Shown: in pieces, positions 34,798-47,200 of the stretch
Numbering within the stretch: the first letter of the stretch is position 1
Layout of the letters: every line of letters starts with the position of its first letter
Origin: Marsupella aquatica
Taxonomy: Eukaryota; Plantae; Marchantiophyta
DNA length: 64,000 nt
Direction of reading: 5' to 3'
Assembly (NCBI GenBank): GCA_973895155.1
Contig: OZ316896.1
Location: 23,518,600-23,582,599, forward strand
Translations under genes and position numbers: made by a program
Notes under the pieces: generated by a model
Seen by the model: only the letters and a program-made list of their open reading frames with translations
What the model was told of the DNA's origin: nothing
Database searches by the model: none

Positions 34798-37669
34798 TGC
34801 ATTGCTTGCTTTTTCATTTCTCCTCCATTGCCCTCTTCTCACGTTTTGCTTCCTCCGAAGCTTGAAGCCTCTACGCCTTATCTTCCTGAAGCATTGGATT
34901 CCATAGCTTCAGCTGCGACACTTCTCACAAAAACAACCAAGTCATTCAAACAATTGTCACTTGTTGAATAGAAATGTCACAATTGGTTAACGACAACATA
35001 GACAATCACTTTCCTCAGAGCAGATTTTGAACAGTAACCGAATCCCTTCGGCAAGCAGCACAGATTTTGCATCTTGCACTCGTCGATCACTCCAATTCCT
35101 CAGAACCCCACTCCTCCAACACTGCTCAAGTACGACACTTTTCTCATCAAAGGGGTACCAAAGGAGGATATGCGGGAGAGTGGCGGTAGCTCGAACAACC
35201 AGTACTGCACAGCAACAGCACGCAATCGTGCGAGCTTCAAATATACACGGACTCTGTACAGCTGCAAAATGGAAACAGGACACCCATTGTGGATCGTCCT
35301 CCGGTTTTCAAGGCAAAAAATGGGACACCAACAGACACATTTAGGGGAATTGCTTCAAATCGCCTGAGAATGATTCCCGCAAAACACGAAGTGCTTACCA
35401 GTCAGTCAATCTGCCCATCCGCCCGTCCATCCCTCCCTCCGATCGAGAGAAACGCCGAGGATCCACTTGACTCTACTTCGCCGCAATACAAACTCGTGCT
35501 CGTGACTTGTCACATCCGATTCCTGCCTTTCTGCAATTCCATTTCTCTTTCTAGAGAGACAGAGGGAGAGAGAGCTATAGAATGATACAAAGCAACGAGA
35601 AATGCCGATGATCCACTGAACTCTCTCGCCGCAATACAGCCTTGTTCTCGTGACTTGTCACATCCAAAATGCACGTAGATTTATCATCAAAGGGGTACCA
35701 AAGGAGGATAGACGGGAGAGTGAGCACGGTAAATTACCATAGAATTGACGGTAATGTTACATTTTTCACCCTCCGTAAAAAACAAAAACAAAAATTGATC
35801 TAACCAAGTTAGGCCAAAAATCTGGTTGGAACGCATCGGGAATAGTTAATATTTGTAAAATTAACTTTCTATAATTCATAATAGTTAACTCCCACTAAGA
35901 TAACTATCACTAACTTTTGGTGGGAACCTACCCTATCTACACAAAAAGTTGACACCCCCAATGAGTTCGGGAATGAGTCACGTTGAGGTTTACTTACACC
36001 TGTCAGGTCCCTCAGTTGAGCGCAGCCATTTCGTATTGCTTCAAGGGGAGGCTAAGTGACCACTGTCTACCTTGCATGGGAGCTCCAACCTTTGCAACTA
36101 CTGACTTTATCCCTACAGTCCGATCTTCCCGATGATGTAAATTGCAGTTAAGATTGTGAATGGTCTTGGATTTGTGTTTGCAAATGGTCCCAATTTTTCA
36201 CAATTATATGAATTTGCATTCTAGGTACGATTTTGGCAAATTTTCCCTGAATAAAATGGTTGGCTGGAAGTGTTCTCTGAGTGAAATACATGTCCGGTGG
36301 ATATTGAGTCTAAGGGTGACTTTTTGTTTTGTCTGAGGGCGACTTTACAAGACATCAAGCTGCCAGAGTTTAGATTGCCTGAAGCCATGGTGAAGCGGTC
36401 CAGCTTAGAGCAATCACCAATCCCCAAGTTCATGTCCCTTGTCACACCATTCTAGGTAGTGTTAGAGTGTATCGTACTATCTAGATCCGTATGTTTGGTA
36501 TGTGTGTTATATGAGCCGATAAGGTTCCGTCAGGTTTGTGTGAGAGGGTACTTCTCTCTTGTGAGGCATTGAAAGGTCATATTTCAATGTTGAGCCTTGG
36601 AGAGAGAGGAGCTTGAGTGTGGCTATGGTGGCTGTGAGCTCCGCTTGTGTAACGTGGATTCCTTGAGTAGTGCAAGGTGCGTTGGCTTGACATACATGTG
36701 TGATCGGATCGGTGCGGGATCGATGAGGTATTGTGGACCGGGATTGTTGTGCCGATTGTATTGAGATTATTGTGGGTTTTGGACATGTGTGGACATGAGT
36801 TCCACTTGTATTCCATTCTCTTGTGTTTGTGATGTGGTAGTGTGACTATGTCTAGATGTATGTGACAAGAGATGTATGTTGTGTAGCGATGTGTATGCGC
36901 ACGACACCTTCAATCAGGTTGGGAGCGGTCCAGCTTAGAGCAATCACCAATCCCCAAGTTCATGTCCCTCAATCAGGTTGGGAACCCTTTCCATAGAAGA
37001 TGTCATTGCCCAAAGCATGTCGTTTAGTAATAGATGTTGTTATGTAAACGATTTCAATTACGGAAAAGATGTTGTGCAAAAGATGACAATGCACAAAAGA
37101 GGTATTTATGTAGAAGACGTTGTTACACAAAAAATGATGTTATGTAAAAGGTGTTGTCAGATGTGGTGGTCCCATCATCCATGAATCCCTAAACCCCGCC
37201 ACCCCGGCCCACAATAGTTTGGCCCCTAACCCGTTGTTATTTCATTCAAATACATGTTCGATTTTGCCAAGCATATTAGTACTCATGGAATGTACTCATT
37301 TCATGGGAGTAGCAAGGGGACACTCTCCTTGCATTGCATGGTACATGCAAGGGAAGGGGAAACATTGTCATGTTATAAATCATTGTTTGAAAACTATATT
37401 CATTTTTGGGGGAGGGGCCAGGCACACACTAGTTCAGGGCATGCATGTTTAGATGCAGTGAAATTGAGTAAAAACCAAAACCAAGACAAGAACATGTTCC
37501 TTTTGGTACCCATTCTAAACTTCTCATAAAATTTCCAACATTTTCATTTGAGTAATTATGGTTGAACCTTGTTACGGACTTGGGTATTTGTCTGCAATAC
37601 TGTCTCGGATGACATGTAACACATGTTTCAATTTGAGAACAATTTGTATACAACTAGCCCAACGCCTGA

Positions 37670-38071
37670 AGTCAAGGTGATAAAAAGATGCAGAGGAGAG
37701 AAAAGATGTCGAGGAGAGGAAAAGATGTCCAAGGGGAGGAAGAGAACTTGAGATGAGAAAAGATGGCAAAAAAAGGAAAGATGGCGACATGAAAAAAGCA
37801 TGTATAGGTCAGATTACAATGTTCAGGTGAGGAAAAGGTGTCGAGGTGAGGAAATATATGAAGGAGAGAAAAGACGTCCCCAAAATGATGTTGAGGTCAG
37901 GGAAATACGTCAAGGAGGGAATCAATGTCGAGGGTGAAAAAAAGATGTTGTGATGAGACAAATATGTCAAGACGAGAAAAAGACGAGGTAATGAGAAAAA
38001 TATGTGAAGGCAAGGAAAAGATGTTGAGGAGAGAAAAGTATGTCAAGATTAGAAAATATGTCAAAGCGAGA
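37670..38071. repeat. Degenerate purine-rich ~20-bp tandem repeat
   Basis: Recurrent AAAAGATGTCGAGGWGAG-like units. Confidence 0.75.
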
Positions 38072-39382
38072 CACCCCTCTAGTATATAGTCTTTGGGGGA
38101 CCCGCTCCATGGAATGCCCAGGCTTTCTGGTCTTTTTTGTGGGCTTTCTACCAGTAGTGCTCTAAAACGACCAGTTGGCCATGAAAACAATACAAAAGAA
38201 ATCAATCTTAGTGTTTATGTTGATTTGAAATCACTTGGAGCCCAGATAGTGCAGTGTTTTCAATCTCAAACTGTGCTGGCATCAATCTGAACACCATTCA
38301 CCCTGCCAGTATCAATTTCTTGGCACCCAACTTAACCCATCTCCTGTTCTTGTCAAGAACAGGATGACAACAAGTGAGATGTCACTTCCAAGAGTTTTTT
38401 TTAATTAGATCTAAACATCCTTCCTATCAAGTGATTGGTCCACTTTGGCTTTACATGAAGTTGTTGAGAGGTCACTTGTAGTGGAGTCCTCCCAATCCTA
38501 CATGGACTGGAGTGGTTCCCACAAAATGATTACATGGAGAGTGTCAGTTTGCCAAAGTTTGAAAGGATCTCTCTGTCTCTTCTCATGTTGTCATACAGTA
38601 TCAAATGCATTACTCTACCATTGTTTTGGTCAGGAGACAGTCTAATTAAATGGACCTCTAGATCAGCTCCTCTGGAAACCTCAACCTCCAACCCTCAACC
38701 CCAACCCAACCTCTCAACACTCCTCTGTCTCCTAAACTCTAAACCAAACCCCCAAACTTCAACACCAAGCTAAACTCTCAACAATCCTTTGTCTAATTAG
38801 TTCAAACCCTTAAATTCCAATCCCAACTTGGGGGACTCAGTATATGGAGCCCCCTCCATCAACTGCTGCCACTCACATTTGTTCGGCATTAATGGCAGGG
38901 TAGGAATAGACACTAGCCAAACGGGCCAGCTCTCTTCTTATGTATCCCCTCTTGAATCTGCCCACAATCTTCTCAAATTTTACTAAGTCCATGTGCTTAT
39001 AATTATTCTTTACTTGACTTGAAGTTTGAATTTAGCCCGAGAGATAAATTCTGCTTGGCCAATTTGTCCATGAAGCACCAGGCATCAGTCTTTAGGGAGT
39101 AACCACAAGGCAAAGGGGCCAACTCTCTCAAGTATCCCCTCTCCCTTCTGCACTTCACAAACTTTGCAAAATTGACAGTACAATGGTCTTAGAATTGTTC
39201 TTTATTTGACTTCGCTATAGTGTGAATTTGCGTTAGAGGGATAAATTGGGTTTGGCCAATCTGAGTCTATTGAAGCACCAGGCATTACTCACTACTTGGG
39301 CAATACAGATTGGAACAGATAGACAAATGGGGATGAGTGAGTTCTGCTCCCGAGTCACCTTCGAACACAACCTTCAATCTGG

Positions 39383-41947
39383 TCACCAGTAATCGTCACA
39401 AGAACATATGCCACCTTTGAAATGGTGAAAACGATTGGCATCCCTGGCTATAATCTCGCGTCCAGTCACCTTCGAGATAAACTTGGTTGCGGTATGACAA
39501 TCTGAACACACCCGAAGGTTCTTCCATACACGAATTGGTTTTCCCCGAGGTATGTGCAAAAGTCCGTAAGCAATAGCCAACTTCTCACTATGAGAACAAA
39601 GAGCTAGTTCTTTATCCTCCTCATTGATATCATGCAACACAAGTCGGGTATCCGGAATGTAGCCTTCAGCCTTCAGTGTTTCAGTCAATTTATTGAGCTC
39701 AGTATATATCGCCCTCGCTTCTGGGTGAGATCTATCCCCTACAGCAAATTTATGGATCTTCTTATCAACTTCGATAAAGCTACGCCCTGGCTCCTTCCGA
39801 AGGCCTCTGTCTTGCATCATGGTGCGCACCAATGACTTCTTCTGTCGCTTACCAGCTGCAGCGTAGATATTAGACAGGAGCACGTATGCAGAGGCATTAT
39901 TGGGGTCCAGCTTGAAAAGCTCCTGAGCGGCAAGTTCGCCCAACTCCACATTACTGTGAGTTCTACAAGCCCCAAGCAAGGCTGTCCAAGTGACTGTATT
40001 TGGTGCCATTGGCATGTCAGTAATGAAGAGCTCTGCTTCCTCCAAGTGTCCAGCCCGCCCAAGCAGATCCACCATGCAGTTATAATGCTCAATCTCAGGT
40101 TCGATGCCATAATCCTGCGTCATAGCTGAGAAGACTCTACGGCCATCATCAACAAGGCCTCCGTGAACACAGGCTGACAAAACTGCCACGAATGAATACA
40201 CGTTGGGGTTCACACCGTCTGCGGTCATTTTTCTGAAGAGGTTCAGGGCTTCATTCCCACACCCATGTTGTGCAAGTCCACCGATCATTACAGTCCATGT
40301 GACTACATCGCGTTTCTCCATTCTGGCAAAAACAAGTCGGGCGTCATCTATACTGCCACTCTCTGCATACATGTGAACGAGTGCACTGCCCACACGCAAA
40401 TCCGACTCCAGTCCGGCTTTGCTAGCGTGACCATGAACCTCCTTCACCCACTCCAAAGCCCCCGCACTTGCAGATGCATTCAGGATGCTCACATAAGTGA
40501 TTTCATTTGGTTCGAAGCCTTGGCGTCGCATTTCAAGAAACATTCGATATGCTTCATGCCCACATCCATGTTGTGCAAGACCTCCTATCATTACATTCCA
40601 TGCGATTACATCGCGTTTCTCCATTCTGTCAAAAACAAGTCGGGCGTCATCTATACTGCCACTCTCTGCATACATGTGAACGAGTGCAATGCCCACACGC
40701 AAATCCGACTCCAGTCCGGCTTCGCTAGCGTGGCCATGAACCTCCTTCACCCACTCCAAAGCCCCCGCACTTGCAGATGCATTCAGGATGCTCACATAAG
40801 TGATTTCATCTGTTTCGAAGCCTTGGCGTCGCATTTCAAGAAACATTCGATATGCTTCACGCCCAGATCCATGTTGTGCGAGTCCTCCTATCATTACATT
40901 CCATGTGATTACATCGCGTTTCTCCATTCTGTCAAAAACCAGTCGGGCATCATCCATACTGCCACTCTTTGCATACATGTGAACGAGTGCATTGCCCACC
41001 CGCAAATCCAACTCCAGTCCGGCTTTGCTAGCGTGGCCATGGACCTCCTTCACCCACTCCAAAGCTCCCGCACTTGCAGATGCATTCAGGATGCTCACAT
41101 AAGTGATTGCATCTGGTTTGAAGCCTTCCCGTCTCATTTGGAGGAATAGTCGATATGCTTCCACACCATCACCACGTTCTGCACATGCTCCAATCATAAC
41201 ATTCCATGTAATGACATTGCGATTGGTCAACTTTTCAAAAAGTTTCCTTGCCTCGGTGATGCACCCACATTTAGCGTACATCATTACGAGAGCAGTCCCT
41301 ACACGCACGTCCGATTCAAAGCCGACCCGTCGAATATGCTCATGAATTTCTTTTCCGCATCTTAGAGCTAATGGGCCGGCACATCCTTTCAGGATGCTCA
41401 GATACGTGATCTCATTCGGCTGCACGCCTTCTTGGCGCATTAGATTCAACACTTCGAGTGCAGATTCAACATGATCACTTCTAGCGTATCCTGCAATCAT
41501 GCTGGTCCAAGTAATAACACTCTTCTTCTGAATTTGATCAAAAACTCTCCGTGCATCCGATAATCCTCCGCATTTGATATACACATTCAACAGCGTGATT
41601 AACACATATGGATTCTTATCAACTCCACTCTCGATGATGCAATCATGAATTTGCTTGACTGCTGACAGATCTTTCTGATGCGAGAGCATTTGCAGAACTT
41701 TAACATAGGTGTACGACTCGATCGCAATGCCTCGTTGTAGACGATCTTTCAAACCAGCAAGTGTTTCACTCGTGGTACCAGGAGCATGCATATGCCTACT
41801 GCCGTTCCCTTCTGCAGTAACTGGAGACCAATCTCTCGTGTAATAACTAACATGAGATTGAACTCTGCATTGAGTAATCAAATTCGCCCTTGCCTTAACC
41901 CATGCTCCAGTTGACCATCCATCCACCCAAAGTGCTAGACTTGTCAT
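39383..41947 (-). CDS. PLS-class PPR protein with E and DYW deaminase domains (organellar C-to-U RNA editing factor), intact, intronless
   Basis: 854-aa ORF; P-L-S triplets; PG box PGRSFIEV; HSEKLA and CSDCH zinc ligands; terminal DYW; transit-peptide-like N-terminus. Confidence 0.96.
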   Translation of the reverse strand: MTSLALWVDGWSTGAWVKARANLITQCRVQSHVSYYTRDWSPVTAEGNGSRHMHAPGTTSETLAGLKDRLQRGIAIESYTYVKVLQMLSHQKDLSAVKQIHDCIIESGVDKNPYVLITLLNVYIKCGGLSDARRVFDQIQKKSVITWTSMIAGYARSDHVESALEVLNLMRQEGVQPNEITYLSILKGCAGPLALRCGKEIHEHIRRVGFESDVRVGTALVMMYAKCGCITEARKLFEKLTNRNVITWNVMIGACAERGDGVEAYRLFLQMRREGFKPDAITYVSILNASASAGALEWVKEVHGHASKAGLELDLRVGNALVHMYAKSGSMDDARLVFDRMEKRDVITWNVMIGGLAQHGSGREAYRMFLEMRRQGFETDEITYVSILNASASAGALEWVKEVHGHASEAGLESDLRVGIALVHMYAESGSIDDARLVFDRMEKRDVIAWNVMIGGLAQHGCGHEAYRMFLEMRRQGFEPNEITYVSILNASASAGALEWVKEVHGHASKAGLESDLRVGSALVHMYAESGSIDDARLVFARMEKRDVVTWTVMIGGLAQHGCGNEALNLFRKMTADGVNPNVYSFVAVLSACVHGGLVDDGRRVFSAMTQDYGIEPEIEHYNCMVDLLGRAGHLEEAELFITDMPMAPNTVTWTALLGACRTHSNVELGELAAQELFKLDPNNASAYVLLSNIYAAAGKRQKKSLVRTMMQDRGLRKEPGRSFIEVDKKIHKFAVGDRSHPEARAIYTELNKLTETLKAEGYIPDTRLVLHDINEEDKELALCSHSEKLAIAYGLLHIPRGKPIRVWKNLRVCSDCHTATKFISKVTGREIIARDANRFHHFKGGICSCDDYW
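40265..41170 (-). repeat. Three near-identical 303-bp P-L-S triplet repeats inside the PPR gene
   Basis: Equivalent positions at 40497, 40800, 41103. Confidence 0.93.
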
Positions 41948-44552
41948 CTTATACTCAGGTGCTCTGGGCTTCCTCTGTGGTCAACATTGAGGGTCAGATA
42001 GGGAAAGCCTAACTGATAAAAGGATAAATTCCAGGAGATGAGGTGCAATGAATTTGTACTTCTTTCCCTAGGACTATATTTCACAATGATCCTTTTACAA
42101 TGAAATGTTCAGAAATTGATGACAGACCGGCTAGTTTGCATGCCTACCTCCGTCCAAAGATGTATTTTCTTGTCTCCCTGGCTCCGCTGTGATCTTTGGT
42201 ACAGAAAACTTGCATAAGTAATATGACTCCTTTTCAATTGAGAGTAACGGGTGTCTGTCAAGAATGCGATGATCTGAGAATAGAATTACTGAAATAATTG
42301 TGAAAGGCATATCCAGGTAGCTCAAGTTTCAATAAGCTCGTTGATACTCCGGTATTACAATGTAACCATGGAAAGGACAGAGTCATGAGCCTATCGAATT
42401 GGCACTAAAAAACTTCATCAAGCAGTCACATATTACCCTTTGGTTGTGTATGGGATAGATTCTAAGGGCACCGTGACAGGCGTTCATTTGTAAGTTGCCT
42501 ACACTGTCCTTTCTATGCTATACACAAACCGACTCTCAGGTGTTTGACAAGAGACTACAACTCACAAATAAAGTCTAGCCAGCATTTGTTGATTTTCTCT
42601 ATAGAATTCATTGTGATTAGGCACAGATGACATGAATGTGAAAGCGCCCCCCCCCCCCCCCCCCACCCACCCCTTTCCCCTCTCCCTGTGGTTCCTTGGA
42701 GATGAAAAAGAATCAAACTTGAAGTTCAAGTCAAGCTTCATCACACAAGCCTCATGGCAGAAAGCTTCATGCTACTCTAATTGTCACACCGTGGAGCTGG
42801 AACAAGGGTTTTTGTCTACAAGTAAGTCATCACAACGTTGAATCGCTCGTCAGTCTCAATTACCTGAAGGCCTTGTACAAGAACAATGGCTGATGCCAAT
42901 ACCAATCAAACTGGAAGATGAAGGATGAACTCTGCAAATCAAACGTCTTTGTTGAGAATGTCGTCAAGCTCGTTTGGTCACATCATAATCCAACAAAATG
43001 ACATGCATACAAAATTAATCATACCTGGCTGTGTAGTGTAGCCCAAACCGGTCCATATCCAAAATTTCCATCGAGTAAGCTTCGGTCCCGTTCGAGAGCT
43101 TAATTGTACAGTTGTGAGATATATGATCTTACCTGTTTGACAAACGTTCAAATCAGTCTTAGTAGTGCAATCCTTGGAGAGCCCTCAAATTTAAAGTCTC
43201 ATCTTTCCTTCCCCTTGGACTAAGGAAAGAATATTCACTAGGCGAAGGCTCTGTTGGGGAAACCTTACCCGGGCAGAGGAATCTCAGCTCAACGTAACAG
43301 TTGGAGGTACCCCTAGAAGCATAGCGGTAACAGTATCTTCTCCAGGATCACGTGTCCCGTCATTAAGAATTAAGAATTGCTGTACTCTTCTAAGAATTAT
43401 CCCAGCTTTGGCATACTGAGAGGAATTTTATACTGAGAGTATAAAATTTTCAAATCCCAAAGCAACCACCACCATACTGCACATTGCCATTTGAAAAAGT
43501 TTGGCGCAAGTGCTCTTGTTTATCGCCCTCCAAGAAAGAACCCTTTCCAACCGAATTGTCCTTCCTGCCAAACGAAAAATCGACGACATTTCTTCAAAGA
43601 AGAACTTGTAACAAGTGATACTGATATGCAGAGTGTGTAAGTAGCAAATTGGGGAGGCTCGACAATTCTTTCAGAAAAAGAAGTTGAAGCCAGTGGGAAA
43701 AAAATTGACCTAGGTTGTGATGGGCAGTAAAAGAAGCTCATAAACGGAGACATCCTATAAAGTTGACATGTCTGAAAAAAGAGGCAAATGCACATAGTTG
43801 CAGGCAGCAGGAGACGTCATCCAAGAATTGAGCAGGAATTGAACCAGGATGGGTAGACAAAAAAGTTTCCCGGCTGAAACAGAGATTCTGTCCTGCTTCC
43901 TTGTGCACTAAGAGTTAGAAGTACAGTTGCCCAGCAGTTTAGGGTTTAAACGCAGAAAACATCGAGTATAGCTAAGGCCTTGCTAGGAATTCTCTGCCGA
44001 AAGGACATCGCGAGAGGCCGTGTAAAAATAGGTCACGCGAACCTAACAGGGATCATTGGATTCTTCAGTATGCAGCTACACACAGCTCCCCGGCAAGCAA
44101 CTAATGCGACATTAAATAATGAGTTACGACCAGTAATTCTTCGCAAATTGTGAATTCTGCAAGCATTGTTAGCTTGCGACAGCCCGGGATTCGGGATAGC
44201 CAGCGGGGATCGCCTTCGATTCATGTAGAAATCTTGGTGGCGAAGAGTAGGAGCACTGAGAAGCGGCACTGTTAAACCTGAGCTGTCACATTGATCTTGA
44301 GTTGGAATTCAGCTGAACTGAGCCAAACTGCCTTTGGGGAGACCTGGCGTAAAGATCAGAAGCGCGAGCTGCTTGTTGTTGGAAGAAGGTCGAAAGTGTT
44401 GTGTGAAGAAAGTGGAAAGTCTCGACATTGTTTGAAGGTTTCAGGTTGGGCCAGGGTGGTTCGAACTAGGACTTGAAGGGTTCGAACGTAGGGTCAGAAA
44501 ATGGCGATCCACTTTGGGGTGGCAGCGGTGGGGGTTCGGGACTTGGCCGCTA

Positions 44553-45144
44553 CTGTAAAAAGCCCACTAAGAGCATATCCAACGGTACCCTTAAAATCGT
44601 CAGTACTTCCACCTGCTATTTAATGGGATAGGGGGAGGCTACCCCTATACCATGGGAGATGCTCAAGAGCATCTCCAGAGGTGGGCTTTCGGCCTGCAAA
44701 GTTAAAAATTGCCCCTGTTGAAATGGAGGCCTCCATTTTAGGGAGGAGGCTGTTTTGCCTGAACTCCAGCGGTTGCCGCTTTAGTCAGATCAATCATATT
44801 GAAAGAGGAGCACGCTAACTCACAAAGGGCATGACTCGAAGGGGAGTGCGCGAAAGTGGACTGTGCGATGAAGTGCGGTTAACTGCTGACCCAGATTGTC
44901 CGCCGTGTGGATGATATTGAACCTTTGATTTGGATTCGGGCCGCAATTTCCAGGCCACACCTTACGGTCTTGGCAGAAATGGCAGCCACGGACGAGAGTG
45001 CGACTTTGTGGCTGCCACTTGATATAGGGTACGGGCCACCGGTGGGAGAACACGCCCTCCATATTCACCCCCGGGAATCCACTTTGGCAGTTACAGGCTC
45101 ATTTGAGGGTACCGTTGGAGATGCTCTTAGTGGGCTTTTTACAG
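44553..45144. mobile_element. MITE-like element with ~40-bp terminal inverted repeats containing PIF/Harbinger-type GAGCATCTCCAA ends
   Basis: 44551-44591 is the reverse complement of 45106-45146 with one mismatch; TA on both sides; internal head-to-head GGAGATGCTC-AA-GAGCATCTCC at 44655-44676. Confidence 0.75.
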
Positions 45145-45649
45145 TACCATTAGAGTCAAAATGACCAATCCGCCATAACAATAGAAAATAAAAATGAGAA
45201 AATGAAACCAAACGTGAAATCAGTCCAGATAGTGCAGCTGCTTGAATCTTAGATTCCACTCTCATCAAATCCAGGGACCATTCACCCCTCTAGTATATAG
45301 TCTTTGGGGGACCCGCTCCATGGAAATGCCTAGGCTTTCTGGGCTTTTTTGTGGGCTTTCTACCAGTAGTGCTCTAAAAAGACCAGTCAGCCACGAAAAT
45401 AATACAAAAGAAATCAATTGTAGTGTTTCTGTTGAAGTGAAATCACTTGGAGCCCAGATAGTGCAGTGTCTTCAATCTCAAACTGTGCTGGCATCAATCT
45501 GGACACCATTCACCCCGCTAGTATCAATTTCTTGGCTCCCAACTTAACCCGTCTCCTGCTCTTGACAAGAACAAGATGACAACAATTGAGATGTCACTTG
45601 CAAGAGTTTTCTTTAATTAGACTTAGTTTCCTTCCTATCAAGTGATTGG

Positions 45650-46244
45650 GAAATTGAGGGGGGTTCTTGATCGTGATACGGGGGCCGTTCGGGCCAGGAT
45701 TTGAATGTGGTGACGGGGTTTTGTGATTGGGATTTTTTTTCTGGAGCATGGATGCTTGATCAGCCTGAGTTCAGCGCGGTTTGCATTTGTAGATACAAGG
45801 CCGCTTACCGTGAGTACATTGCGACATTGATTGAGAGGGAAAGAGAAGAAAGAAAGGCAGTAATGAGCACTAGACTGGCAGCAAGCCCCGCACCGGTCAT
45901 GAGGAAAGTTTTCCGTCGAATTTACCCCAAGACCTCTGCCTGGGTGATGGAAGATTGCAAGGCTATGTTCCAAGCCACCGGGCTCACCGACTTCATAAGA
46001 GTAGAGATTAGAATCCCTCTAGGGAAGAGTTGGGACCTAGAGGCTGGAATGGAATTGCGCACGGAGGGGATTTATTTTGCATGTATTCAGCGGTTGGTGC
46101 CTCATGCCGAATTGGCTAAGCTTTTGTTTTTGGAGAACCAGCAGTTCTCATTCACCCCCCGGAACATAATCGGGGATCTCATGTTGATAATGGTGGCCTG
46201 TTGGGTGAACAATCCCACCTCCACCACGACCATTCATCTCTCGG
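45650..46244 (+). other. ~595-bp insertion specific to duplication copy C, containing most of a 190-codon ORF of unknown function
   Basis: Copies A and B read CAAGTGATTGG-TCCACTTTGGC contiguously; copy C has this sequence in between. Confidence 0.75.
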
Positions 46245-47200
46245 TACACTTTGGCTTAACATGGAGTTGTTGAGAGGTCACTTGTATTGGAGTCCTCCCA
46301 ATCCGACATGGACTGGAGTGGGTCCCACAAAATGATTACATGGAGAGTGTAAGTTTGCTAAAGTTTGAAAGGATCTCTCAGTCTCTTCTCATGCTGTCAT
46401 ACAGTATCAAATGCATTACTCTACCATTGTTTTGGTCAGGAGACAGTCTAAGTAAATGGACCTCTGGATCAGCTCCCAAGCAGGGGTAGTGAAACCTCAA
46501 CCTCCAACCCCTCAACCCCAACCCAAGCTCTCAACACTCCTCTGTCTCCTAAACTCTAAACCAAACCCTCAAAACTCAACCCCAACCTAAACTCTCAACA
46601 ATCCTTTGTCTCATTAGTTCAAACCCTTAAATTCCAATCCCAACCTCGGGGGTCTCAGTATAGGAACCCCCTCCGTCAACTGCTCCCACTCACATTCTTT
46701 CGGCATTAATGGCAGGGTAGGAATGGACACTAGCCAAAAGGGCCAGCTCTCTTCTTATGTATCCCCTCTTGAATCTGCCCACAATCTTCTCAAATTTTAC
46801 TAAGTCCATGTGCTTATAATTATTCTTTACTTGACTTAAAGTGTGAATTTAGTCCCAGAGATAAATTCTGCTTGGCCAATTTGTCCATTGAAGCACCAGG
46901 CATCAGTCTTTAGGGAGTAACCACAAGGCAAAGGGGCCAACTCTCTCATTTATTCCCTCTCCCTTCTGCACTTCACAAACTATGCAAAATTGACAGTACA
47001 ATGTTCTTAGAGCTGTTCTTTATTTGACTTCGCTATAGTGTGAATTTGCGTTAGAGGGATAAATTCGGTTTGGCCAATCTGAGTCTATTGAAGCACCAGG
47101 CATTACTCACTACTTGGGCAATACAGATTGGAACAGATAGACAAATGGGGATGAGTGAGTTCTGCTCCCGAGTCACCTTCGAACACAACCTTCAATCTGG

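Noticed and set aside
39383-39800. U-to-C (KP-type) DYW domain
   Set aside because: Has a canonical PG box, HSEKLA and DYW end, consistent with C-to-U type
40265-41149. 294-aa plus-strand ORF and other antisense ORFs over PPR, LTR and CRN genes
   Set aside because: Shadows of repetitive coding sequence on the opposite strand
42950-44500. Additional protein-coding gene upstream of the intact PPR gene
   Set aside because: Only short ORFs without recognisable motifs
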